Origin: Emiliania huxleyi CCMP1516
Lineage: Eukaryota
Direction: 5' to 3'
DNA length: 64,000 bases
Assembly (NCBI RefSeq): GCF_000372725.1
Contig: NW_005201338.1
Location: 228,041-292,040 of the forward strand
Below, piece by piece: positions 9,818-19,814 of the stretch. The notes under the pieces were generated by a model that was given only the letters and a program-made list of their open reading frames with translations, did no database searches and was not told where the DNA came from. The translations under genes and the position numbers were made by a program. Within the stretch, counting starts at the first letter, position 1. Every line of letters begins with the position of its first letter.

Positions 9818-11425
9818 ATGACTTCGAAGAAGGACTCGTCGAGGAGCGCGGCTGCCTACCCGGCACTGTCTGCCTTCCTGGCTCACAGCACGGTGGAGTA
9901 CCACATGGAGGAGCTGCCTGTCGCCGAAGCGAGACCGGCGCTCCTCGAGTGGTATCGAGCCACGCGCCGTAGGCTTCCGTGGCGAGGGGACGCGCCGCCG
10001 TACAACGGCTCCACTGCCGGTGTGAACAAGGCCGGCTCACGCGCGGCACAGGTGGCCGCGGAGCCCTCGCCCGTCGGCGAGGTGTCGGCGTACGGCGTGT
10101 GGGTCTCGGAGATCATGTGCCAGCAGACGCGCGTCGAAGCCGTCATCCCGTACTGGCTGGCCTGGATGGAAGCCTTTCCGACGGTGCAGGACCTCGCTGC
10201 CGCCTCGGAGGAGCAAGTGAACGCCAAGTGGGCGGGGCTCGGCTTCTACCGGCGCGCGCGCATGTTGCACGAGGGCGCGAAGCAGGTGGTGGACGATTTC
10301 GATGGCCAGCTACCGCAAACCGTCGACGGCCTGCTGCGCCTCAAGGGCGTCGGGCCGTACACGGCTGGAGCGATCGCCTCGATCTCGTTCGGCGTGCCCG
10401 CGCCGATTGTGGACGGCAACGTCCTACGCGTGCTCTCGCGGCTGTGCGCCGTCGCCTCGCACGTCAAGCAGCCCGCGTACGCCGACAAGCTCGCGTGGGG
10501 GCTTGCCGCGCGCCTCGTCGAGGGTGGCGGCGGCGGCGCGGCGGGTGAGCTCAACCAGGCGGTCATGGAGCTCGGCGCAACGCTCTGCGCGCCCGACGGC
10601 TCGGGTTGTGACGAGCGCGACCCGCTGCGCGCGCTGTACAAGTCGACGGCGGTAGCGCGCGACGCCCTCGCCGCTCAGCGCGCCGGCGACCTCGACGCGC
10701 TGCTCGCGCAGCCCAACCTCGGTGTGCACCGCTGTCCCGTCTGCGGGGCAGGCGCTGCTGATTTCCTCGCAAGGCTGCGTGCGGTGGCGGCGGGCGCGCC
10801 ACCGAGGAGCGAGGAGGACACTGCCGTCGCGCAGGTGCACGCGCTGCTGCCGCTGCCGCTGCCGAAGAAGCGCGTGAGGCAGGAGCGCTATCTGGTCGCT
10901 GCAGTGCGGCGCGGCGACGCGGCGCTGTCACCGGGCACGGCGTGGTTGCTCGCCAAGCGGCCAGACAGTGGACTGCTCGCGGGGCAGTGGGAGTTCCCGG
11001 CCACGCTCCTCGCGGCGCACAAGGAGGACGAGCCGGACGACCCGGGCGCCGCCGCGCGCGCGACTGCTGGCGGCACGCTGCTCGAGCAGCTGGCGCCCGG
11101 CGGCGTGCAGAAGCGCTCAGCGGTGGACGGCACGCTCGAGCATGTCTTCTCACACGTGCGCCACACGATGCACGTGGAGCACGCCTGCTGCGACGCAGAC
11201 GCGGCGGCGAGCGAGTGGGAGGGGCGCACGGTCGAGTGGATGGACGCCGACAGGATGGCCGAGGTCGGCATCACTGCGGGCGTCAAGAAGGTCATCGCCG
11301 CTGTCAGCGCGCACGCGCAGACGGGGTCGGCCCCGCGTCGCGCCGGCAAGCGGAGGGTGGCTGCTGGAAGCGACGACGGCAAGCAGCCGAAGATGAGCGC
11401 CTTCTTCACGAAGCGGGAGAGCTGA
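9818..11425 (+). CDS. mutY: A/G-specific adenine DNA glycosylase (HhH-GPD plus NUDIX-like C-domain), intronless
   Basis: LLEWY..RR.LPWR, YGVWVSEIMCQQTRV, WAGLGFYRRAR, LKGVGPYTAGAI, VDGNVLRVLSR, KRPDSGLLAGQWEFP, HVFSH. Confidence 0.96.
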   Translation: MTSKKDSSRSAAAYPALSAFLAHSTVEYHMEELPVAEARPALLEWYRATRRRLPWRGDAPPYNGSTAGVNKAGSRAAQVAAEPSPVGEVSAYGVWVSEIMCQQTRVEAVIPYWLAWMEAFPTVQDLAAASEEQVNAKWAGLGFYRRARMLHEGAKQVVDDFDGQLPQTVDGLLRLKGVGPYTAGAIASISFGVPAPIVDGNVLRVLSRLCAVASHVKQPAYADKLAWGLAARLVEGGGGGAAGELNQAVMELGATLCAPDGSGCDERDPLRALYKSTAVARDALAAQRAGDLDALLAQPNLGVHRCPVCGAGAADFLARLRAVAAGAPPRSEEDTAVAQVHALLPLPLPKKRVRQERYLVAAVRRGDAALSPGTAWLLAKRPDSGLLAGQWEFPATLLAAHKEDEPDDPGAAARATAGGTLLEQLAPGGVQKRSAVDGTLEHVFSHVRHTMHVEHACCDADAAASEWEGRTVEWMDADRMAEVGITAGVKKVIAAVSAHAQTGSAPRRAGKRRVAAGSDDGKQPKMSAFFTKRES

Positions 11426-11750
11426 CCACGCGTGGCAGCTGGCACGTGACCGCGACTCCGCGGGTCGTCACTGAGCTTTTTCAGTGTATGTAGCTCTTAC
11501 GTACATTCCCGGAGGAGGACTGCTGACGGGGTTTGCGATGAGAAGCGATCCGAACGTGGCATTCGGGTGATCAGATCACTGCTTTTTGTATTTTGAAGTG
11601 AGAAGTCGTCGTCGTACGTCGAGCTGTCGCGACCTCGACACAGGTCGCGACTCGTGATCCTCTTTGCTCTGATAGACCACGCAGAGCTCAGCTGATGGAC
11701 GCTGGTGAGGTGACGGTGGGAGGGCACCCCCCAGACAGCCCTCCCGGTGG

Positions 11751-12854
11751 ATGGGGACGCCCAGGGATCTACACGTACAATGCTCCTCGGATGATGCCAT
11801 GACGGATGATCTCGGGAAATCTGTCCGTGCCCCTCTTCCGCTGTTGTCGGGCGAGAAGGTCCAACAGAAGGTCCAACCAGCCGCACACGCGCGGTACGAT
11901 GCGATGCGTATGAGGCGACTGCTCAACCTGCTGACACATGGGCTGAGAGCGATGAGGAGAGCGTCTCTCGGCATTGCTGTGGTCACGCCGACCGTGGCTG
12001 TGCCGGTCGTGCTGGCCATCTACCTCTCCAGCGGCATCACAGCTACCGAAGTCTGTGAAATCTCGCCCTCGTGGGACAGGACCTGGGAGTCCCCAGCGGC
12101 GCGGGAGGCGCTGTTGCGCGAGTCGGCGGCCTCGAGGGCGCGGGCCGCCGGCGTCAAGTTCTGCAGCTATCGCTGGGACGGCGCGATTCCGACCGTCTCC
12201 ATCGTGGGTGCGGACCCGGACCTGTGCCACCCGCTGTTCAGGGCGTCACTCCTCGTGGCCAGTACCTTTGGCGCGGTCGGCTACCGAGACCTGCATGCCA
12301 AGGGCGGCGTTGCCTATATCGCCGCGCACGCGAGCAGCTCCACGGCCGAGCGAGGCAGGAGGGCAAACGCGTCCCTGCTCGCCCTCGCGTGGGCGTCCAT
12401 GGTCTGCCTCGCGCTCGCGGGGGTCATCAACGTGACGCACTTCAACGCGGCGCACAACGGATGCGCCCTCGGGTTCTACGTTACCAACTCGGGCCACACG
12501 TGGGCGCTCTGGAGGATGCAGAGGGTAGCGGCGCACCGGACCCGCCGCCGGCTCGGCGACGCTCCGCCGTCGCTCGCGGGACGGTGGTGCCTGCAGGTGG
12601 ACCCAAAGGCGCACCGGCCCGGCTCCTCCTCGCTCAAGGAGTGGATGGCCGTTTTGTGGACCATGTGCTTCGGCGGCGCCCTCGTTGTGCTCGGCCAGGT
12701 CTTCGCGCCCGTCTCGTGGGCGACTTGGTTCTCCTCCGCTGCGGTGCTCGAGTGGCTCGCCACCGAGCTCGTCAACACGTCGGTACTCATACACTACTTT
12801 GATATGCGTCAGCTGCGGCTGCTCGAGGCCAAGCTGTCCTACGGCCAACCCTGA
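11751..12854 (+). CDS. Frag1/DRAM/Sfk1 (TMEM150-like) multi-pass membrane protein; start uncertain
   Basis: About 6 hydrophobic helices, with HNGCALGFY and a C-terminal AAVLEW motif typical of the family. Confidence 0.6.
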   Translation: MGTPRDLHVQCSSDDAMTDDLGKSVRAPLPLLSGEKVQQKVQPAAHARYDAMRMRRLLNLLTHGLRAMRRASLGIAVVTPTVAVPVVLAIYLSSGITATEVCEISPSWDRTWESPAAREALLRESAASRARAAGVKFCSYRWDGAIPTVSIVGADPDLCHPLFRASLLVASTFGAVGYRDLHAKGGVAYIAAHASSSTAERGRRANASLLALAWASMVCLALAGVINVTHFNAAHNGCALGFYVTNSGHTWALWRMQRVAAHRTRRRLGDAPPSLAGRWCLQVDPKAHRPGSSSLKEWMAVLWTMCFGGALVVLGQVFAPVSWATWFSSAAVLEWLATELVNTSVLIHYFDMRQLRLLEAKLSYGQP

Positions 12855-13272
12855 GCGCTGCCTATTACCGTACTCGAGCTACTGTCTCGCCGAGAAAGCA
12901 GTGCCGTACAGCGTACAGTACACGGTCTACCGTCTACTGTGTTTTACTCGTGTGTTTCGCTGTGCACGTGTGTGACATTCGGCTTTACAACTTACATGCT
13001 CAACGCGCAAAACTCTCTCTCCACGTGTGCACGAAAACGCACACGCACGGTGTCTCAGTCCTCACGTGTCACGACGGTGGGACAGACGGCAGAGACCACA
13101 CCCGGACACGGAGAGTCGAGAGACGAGCGGCGAGGCGTATACGCGACGCCGCGACTCGATCACGCACTGTTTCCATTCTGAGCTTACGTATAACACATAC
13201 ACACGCGTGCCGTTACTCTATGGAGCGCGGGCGAGGTACGAAAAAGTCCGTCGCTCGCTGTGTCTCACACCC

Positions 13273-14109
13273 TCAGCAGCCCGCTCTCGCTCTCGTTCCC
13301 GCGCGGAAGAGGCTGAAGCCTCGTGGCAGCCCCGCGCCACGCGTTGGGAGGCGGCGCAGCCACGGCCGCGATGCGCGGAAGGCGGGCGCCGAGCGCAGCT
13401 CGGCGTCCATCGCCTTGCACACCAGCAGAAAGGGCCGCCGCTGCGCCAGGCCGCCGAGCTGCCGCAGCAGCGCCTCGAGAGAGCTCGGCGCGAGCGGGTT
13501 GAACATAAAAAAGACGTCGGCTGCCGCGGGCGGCAAGCGCGACCGGCCGAGGGTGCGAGAGACGCAGCGGTAGCGGCGGCGGCGGCGGCCTCCGGCGAGC
13601 CTCGCCAGCATCTCGCGCCCGAGGGCGGCGCGCGCGCCCACCACCTCGTAGCCGTCGCACGAGACGTCTGGACGCCGGAGCGCGGCGACGAGCAGCGCGC
13701 GGCCGGAGCCGCAGCCGAGGTCGGCAAACGAGCCACCACGAGGGACTAGGCTGACCACCGCCGCGAGCTCCGCGTAGGGTGTGAAGCTCTCCGCGGGCGG
13801 CCGCAGCAGGTGCGTGTGCTCGAGGTCGTACCTCCGGAGCGCTGCCAGCGGCGCGGCGCCAAGGCCGCGCAGCACGCGCGCCTCGTCGATGCCGGCCACC
13901 ACGTCGAGGAGCAGGTCGATGTCGAGCTCGCTCGATGTCGGCTCCTCACACGCGGCGTTGAGGATCGCCGCCGCCGTCCGCCGCAGCGCGGCATCGCCCG
14001 CCGGCGAGAGGTCGGCCGCGGTGACGCCGGCGCGGCGCAGGCACGCGGCGAGCTGCGGGTGCAGCCACGCAGGGCCATCCGCCGGCAGCTCGAAGTACGG
14101 CGAGTACAT
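13273..14109 (-). CDS. Class I SAM-dependent methyltransferase
   Basis: SFTPY followed by motif I FADLGCGSGR, post-I GYE, and ADVFFMFNP. ATG chosen at MYSPYF. Confidence 0.8.
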   Translation of the reverse strand: MYSPYFELPADGPAWLHPQLAACLRRAGVTAADLSPAGDAALRRTAAAILNAACEEPTSSELDIDLLLDVVAGIDEARVLRGLGAAPLAALRRYDLEHTHLLRPPAESFTPYAELAAVVSLVPRGGSFADLGCGSGRALLVAALRRPDVSCDGYEVVGARAALGREMLARLAGGRRRRRYRCVSRTLGRSRLPPAAADVFFMFNPLAPSSLEALLRQLGGLAQRRPFLLVCKAMDAELRSAPAFRASRPWLRRLPTRGAGLPRGFSLFRAGTRARAGC

Positions 14110-14396
14110 CACCGGGACCTGTCTGGCTATGCTGGAGCCGCGCGCCGTGGGACAGTATCGCCCCCCCCCCTCCCGGGGGAGCCTTTTGCCGGAAGAGAGT
14201 TGGCTCGTGAGGTTTTGATTTTCAATACCAAACAACTCTAACACTCACACGCACACTTGAGGTTTTGTGCCATGTGGGACCTAGTAGAGCGAGCAAAAGA
14301 GCTTGCCAGGGATGTCGCGCTATTCCTTCGCCGCGGCAACCCAGGAGACGAGGCACGGGTGGGCGACGCCGACGCGGACGAAGGCGCATCTAGCTC

Positions 14397-14531
14397 AGGC
14401 TGGAAGGCTGAGATTGAGTCCATCACCAACGGTGCGGCCGGCCGAGCGGTCCCGTCGCAGCCCAGGCTGGAAGGCTGAGATTGAGTCCATCACCAACGGT
14501 GCGGCCGGCCGAGCGGTCCCGTCGCAGCCCA
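14397..14531 (+). repeat. Tandem duplication of about 66 bp
   Basis: caggctggaaggctgagattgagtccatcaccaacggtgcggccggccgagcggtcccgtcgcagccc occurs twice. Confidence 0.92.
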
Positions 14532-14791
14532 CCAAGCAGGTGCGCAAGTCGCCCGCGTCGGAGGCTCCGAGGCCATCATGTTCGGCAGCGCAGAAACGCC
14601 CCAATGCGCCGCCCAGAGCCCTGAATTCGCAGAGCGGTGCGACGCCGTAGCCTCTATGATGTGCTGCGCGCGCTAGGCGCACCCTGGCGCCGGGTGCACC
14701 CGGACCCACCCGGAGGGGCCCGGGAAGAGGGTCTAGCGGCCCTCCAGCGGCCCCCCAACGCCCCCCCCGCGGCCCTGATTTGGTAGGTATA

Positions 14792-15877
14792 TCACACAAA
14801 TGATGGGTCACTATAATACCCACGACTCAGGGTACCGGAGCGTCGCTGAGCCTCCTCGCGGACGCGGAACTTTTGTTCCACCTCGGGGCTGTTCCAGTCG
14901 CTGTAGATCTGGAGGAGCTCCGCCTTGCAGCGGTAATACAGTTTCTCGAAGCAGGCTGCCCGAGCCTGAAGAATGGCACACTCGTGACACTTGTCCTCGT
15001 GGGCGAGCTGAATCCCGTAAACGTTCCGCATATCATCGAATTGCGCCTCGTTCAGGCCGGCGTCGATCATCCGACGGGTCACCCGACGTTCGAAGACGCT
15101 TTCCTGATCGCTGTCCGAAGACGCGTCGTCGGGACGAGAGTCGCTGGCAGGCAGGTCCTCGACCGCCGGCTCCTCCTCGACCGCGGGCTCCTCTGGCGTC
15201 GGCACGTCCTGCAACGTTTCTGGAACGACAGCGAGAAGCGCCTCCGCGCCCGCCTGCCGCCGCTTGCACTTTCCCAACTCCTTGTCCACGCCGCTCGCGT
15301 GCGTCTCGAGCCGCTTGCCGTACACGACCGCCTGCTCGAGTCGCGCGCCCGCCAGCTCGCCGCGTAGGTCCCACACAAGGTACGCCAGCGCAGCCTTCTT
15401 CAGGTTCTTTATCTGGAGAGCCATCAGCGCGCCGCGCCGCTGCGACAAAAAGAGCGTGTTTACGGCAGCTTTCGCGGCGATGATGATGCCGTTGGTGACC
15501 TCGCCGACGATGCTGACCTCGTTGGAGGGTGCGGGGACGGGATGGTTGCCGAGGAGCATGGTCTCGAGGCGATTTAAGAGCGCGGTGGGCTCCAAGGCGA
15601 GCTGCGCCGAACTGGAGCGAGTCGGCCGCGCCCGAATTGCTGGCGCCGCATCGGCGCCGGTCGAGTCCGACACGACCGCGGTCTTCTCCACCGGCTCGAG
15701 GTTCGCTATCCGCGGCGCTGCACGGGGAGCTGGGAGCCGCTCCCCGCGCCGAGGACTCGGCACCCTCGCAGCCAGCCCCAACGTCTCACGTCGTTCGCTT
15801 AGCGCCCGGGGCTTCGTCCAGCACCACTCGCAACAGCTCTCGCGCGCCGCCGTCTGTGGCGACGCGCAGAACATCAA
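14792..15877 (-). CDS. Hypothetical protein (coiled-coil and acidic segment); possibly repeat-associated
   Basis: 361-aa ORF with protein-like composition. No recognisable motif. Confidence 0.4.
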   Translation of the reverse strand: MMFCASPQTAARESCCEWCWTKPRALSERRETLGLAARVPSPRRGERLPAPRAAPRIANLEPVEKTAVVSDSTGADAAPAIRARPTRSSSAQLALEPTALLNRLETMLLGNHPVPAPSNEVSIVGEVTNGIIIAAKAAVNTLFLSQRRGALMALQIKNLKKAALAYLVWDLRGELAGARLEQAVVYGKRLETHASGVDKELGKCKRRQAGAEALLAVVPETLQDVPTPEEPAVEEEPAVEDLPASDSRPDDASSDSDQESVFERRVTRRMIDAGLNEAQFDDMRNVYGIQLAHEDKCHECAILQARAACFEKLYYRCKAELLQIYSDWNSPEVEQKFRVREEAQRRSGTLSRGYYSDPSFV

Positions 15878-16150
15878 CGGTCAACGCTGCTCGCAATATG
15901 CGTGTCGCGCACTCATTCATGACCGGTCTCAATGCCCCACCCCCCTGCGCGCGGGCCTTCTAGGCCCGCGGGTAGTCTCCCCCCATCCCCAGGGCCTCCA
16001 GGGCTCGCACCTCAACCTCTCACAGACCAGCGCATAGCGCCATATTTCACGTTATTTTCTTCTCAGAACAAGCCGGCTCAAGTGCGCGGGCCTGGCGGAG
16101 GCTTCTCTTCTGTGTATCGCGCGCTGTGGAGGCGCTGTAGACCGACTGCA

Positions 16151-18589
16151 ATGCTCCTCGCGCCGTCAGCGATCAGCTTCGCGCCACGGCCGCCGGTGGC
16201 CGCGAGGCTCCCAGCCGGCGCCGCGCTGCCAAAGCTCATCGTTTTCGATCTCGACAACACTCTCTGGACGCCAGAGCTGTACCAGGTGGCGAGGAGGGTC
16301 AAGGCAGCACCTGTCGCCGGCCGGGACGTCAAGCTCTTCCCTGCCGCGGCGGCGGCGCTGCACGAGATTGACACGTGCGATCGTTGGGAGGGAACGCAGA
16401 TCGCGGTGGCCTCGCGCACAAACCAGGGAGACTGGGCGCGGACTTTACTCGACGCGTTTGAAGTGCCGGGCGACCCCAGTCGCCGCCTTTCGGACCTCGT
16501 CGCGTACCAGGAGATCTACACGGGCAACAAAAGGGCGCACTTTGAGAGCCTGCGCCGGCGCAGCGGGCTGCCGTTTGGCTCCATGCTCTTCTTCGACGAC
16601 GCGCGCGGCGGCCGGTTCGGAAACTGCGAGCCGGTCGCGCGGATGGGTGTGCTCTCTGCGCACTGCCCCAACGGGCTCACTGACGGCGTCTGGGCGCATG
16701 CCGTCCGGTCGTACGCCGCGCTCGCGGCCGACGAAGCTTGGATGGGTATGGTGGTTCCGGCAAGCGGCGGGGCTCCCGAGTCGCCCGACGAGGCGTCCGC
16801 GTCGGCGTCCGCGGCGGCGCGCGAGGAGTCGAACGGCGGGCCGCACGACGCGACCGTCGTGCGCTGGCTCGAGGGCAAGTCGTTCGGCTTTGTGCGCCGC
16901 GTGAGCGGTGGCGGCGACCTCTTTGCGCACGCGTCGGCGCTGCCGCCCGGCGCGCCAACGCCGCAGAAGGGCGACGCGGTGAGCGTGCTTGTCGGCGTCG
17001 ACCGCGGCGGCCGCGTGGCGTGCACGTCGGTGACACCCACGGGCGGCCCCGGCCCGAGCGAAGGTGCGAGAGGGGACGCACCCGCAGCTCAGTTGGGCCG
17101 AGGAGATTCATATGTGAAAGCGAGCAGGGGCGCCGCACTTCACGCAGGTCGACACCCCTAGACGGCGCGGAGCCGAAGCCGTCCGTGCCACGAGTGCGGG
17201 ACGCACGCCGTCCGTGCTGACGCCCCCGCCGCCGCGCAGGCGGGTCGATCACGCTGCCCTGCTTCTCGATGAATATGCCCTTCGCGGGACTGGTCGCTCA
17301 TGGGCGCAAGACGCTCGAGACGCGCAACGGCACGATGTTTGAGCGCGCGACCGGCCCGCGCGTCTAGAGGCAGTCCAGAACAGACGGGGACGGGATGCTC
17401 CATGCAGATCCCTGCAGGTCCCTGCAGCCTGCCAGCACTCGAGAAGTCTGTGGACCCACGCCACACGCGCCTCCCTTCCTTGACTCGAGAGACGAAGAGA
17501 AACGGAGAGACGCCTTTCAATCACTCGGTGTCGAGACGCCGCTCCGACGCGCTCGACTCTAGTCCTCGCACCGCAGGCCTCTGCCTGTTGCACGTGGGGC
17601 GGCGCACCTACCCGGACGGTGCATCACATGGCGAGTCACTGTGAGCCCTCGAGGCCCTTGGAACGGGAGAGGGATGCTCACAGGCGGCAAGCATCGCGCC
17701 ATCCTCGCGGAGGCGGGCGACAGCGAGGAGGAGATTGGGCGCACGACGGCGCTGCCGCCGGGCTTCTCGCGCGGCGGCGTCGTCGCGCTGCTCGAGCTCG
17801 GCGACACGCGGCCGGCCAGCCTCGAGGAGAGGTCGACGGCCGAGGTGTGGAGCAGACCTCGGCACATCTCTCGGCTCTTGGACCCCTCGGCTTCGCGGTC
17901 TGTGTCATCTCGGCACACACCGTTTGGCCGCGCGTACGTCCCACCCTCCACAGCCCTCGGGACGCCGCGTGTCTCGGACGCATCACGCCTCTCGGATGCA
18001 TCTCGCCTCACCCAGCCGGCCTCACCCCTCGAGCTGTTCGGCCGCGCAGGTGCAGAGCGCCGCGTGCGCCCTTGGCAGCGACATGGGGCGCTACCTCACT
18101 GAGGCGAGGTGGGGAGCGTCCCCGGGAGGGAGGGAGTGGCGGGAGCGAGTGCGAGGAGGTGTGTGCGGCCAGCTGGTTGGTTGGGAGGGAGGGAGGGGCG
18201 GGAGCGAGTGCGAGGAGGTGTGTGCGGGAGCTGGTTGGTTGGGAGGGAGGGGCAGGCTGCTCACCCGCGCGCACCGGGCCTTGCTTTTTGAATGCCGGGC
18301 CAGCTCCTGCCTGTCTGGGTGTGGAGATGCGAGGGGTTCCCGGCCCTTGCCTGACCAGGTTGTGTTGTACCTTAACCTACCTCGACTTACCTAGGTGAAG
18401 CGGGCGTCCTTCCTCAAGGCGCCGGTGGCGATGCGCGGGCAGCCGGGGATGTTCTCTGCGACCGTGCCGCGCGCGGCGCTCCCCGACGGCTGGGAGGTCG
18501 TGGTTGGGGAAGAGGGCGCGAGTCGCGCTGCGGCACAGGCGGTTGGAGCGCCGAGGGAGGGGCCGAGAGTGCGGCAGACCTATGGCTAA
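16151..18589 (+). CDS. Six-exon fusion: MDP-1-like HAD phosphatase, cold-shock domain and EOLA1-like ASCH domain (exons about 16151-17063, 17240-17353, 17577-17618, 17684-17844, 18050-18103, 18395-18589)
   Basis: HAD: PKLIVFDLDNTLW, AVASRT, K, MLFFDD..GN. CSD: VVRWLEGKSFGFV, DLFAHASAL. ASCH: CFSMNMPFAGLVAHGRKTLETR, LLHVG, GGVVALLELGDT, RYLTEV..ASFLKAPVAMRGQPGMF. Splice phases are compatible at all five junctions. Confidence 0.85.
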
Positions 18590-18812
18590 CCTCTTTTGCC
18601 TTTCGCTCTATTTCGATCGTTATGAGTCTTCGGGTTGGTAGATGGTACTATACCGTTATTAGGTGAAGTTTTGTAGTTTCTCGGCAAGAGAATTCTTTTT
18701 GCGGCGCGTCCGAGGACGGCTCGAGCGCCGCCCAGCCTGTTCTCCGCCTTGAGAGCGCGCCGCACGTGAATAGGTGCTGCGCCGGTATTTTGGGTTGCAA
18801 ACTTGTGGGATG

Positions 18813-19722
18813 CTCTGGGGGGAGGCGCAGGCGAGGGCCCTAGGGGGTACCCATGCGGGGGGGAGATGGGGTCCCCCAGCCCGCCGCAGGCGCCGATTTT
18901 TGGCATTTTTTGTTTTTCGCGCATTTTTTTACTTGTTTTCATGGGAATTCGGCGTACTTGCGGCCATGCTATCACGCCTTGCGACATCCTTTCGGCGCTG
19001 CTGACCGTGCCATGCTGCTCAACTGACCTCCTGCATAGCTCGCGGCCTTAGTCTTCGGCATTCAGTGACGACCTGATCGTACGGCCAGTAGGAAGGTGTC
19101 CTTCCAGCGCGTGCACGCTTCTGACGCAATGCGCGTCACAAACTGCCTCGGATTGGCTGCTGGCACTCTCGAGGCTGTGCCTACACAGCCTCGCGCGCAT
19201 GGGCAGTCAATAGGGACCACGCACCTTCTCAGGACAGCGCCGGTGCCTCTCTCTTGGACCGGCAAACGTGGTGGTCTCGTGTCACCGATGTGGGACCAGT
19301 GCGGCATCGCGCCATCGACAGCTCTGAACTGCGCCTCACCACTGACCGGGAAGGCCGCCAAGTGGGCCAGCACCGGTCGCACATTGTGGCAGCAGTCAGC
19401 AGCGCATGTCTGATAGCTAGAGCAGCAGCGTCAGGGTCGCAGGGTCGGATCGTGTCAAGCCTCTCGCCCGGCCGGCCGTGTGCAGACGTCGGCCTGTCTG
19501 CTGTCGCGCCGGTCAGTACGACCGATCAGGTTGGAGTTTTCTGATGGCTAGAGGATCTATCTGTATGTACTCCTCGAGATCTCTCCAAATCTGCCCTCTA
19601 ATCAACCGTAATCATTCGGGAAGTCGGTGCTAACGGAGACTAACGGAGCCGGAGCCCCGTTTGCGTTTCCGCACGGCTGCGCGGCGCACGGTGCCTCCGG
19701 GGGCCCCCGCCTCCCCCCAGAG
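18813..19722. mobile_element. Non-autonomous TIR element (910 bp) with 15-bp perfect TIR and 8-bp TSD GTGGGATG
   Basis: gtgggatg|CTCTGGGGGGAGGCG ... CGCCTCCCCCCAGAG|gtgggatg. The empty site is present in the inverted duplicate at 35499-35506. Confidence 0.93.
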
Positions 19723-19814
19723 GTGGGATGTGAACACTGTATTTTATGTGACAGTACACTGCAACAGGACACGGGGACATGCATCGGTTGTCCTCGTTTC
19801 TCGGCTGCGCGAGT

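Noticed and set aside
14792..15877. Transposase for the local MITEs
   Set aside because: I recognise no DDE, BED-finger or hAT dimerisation motif.
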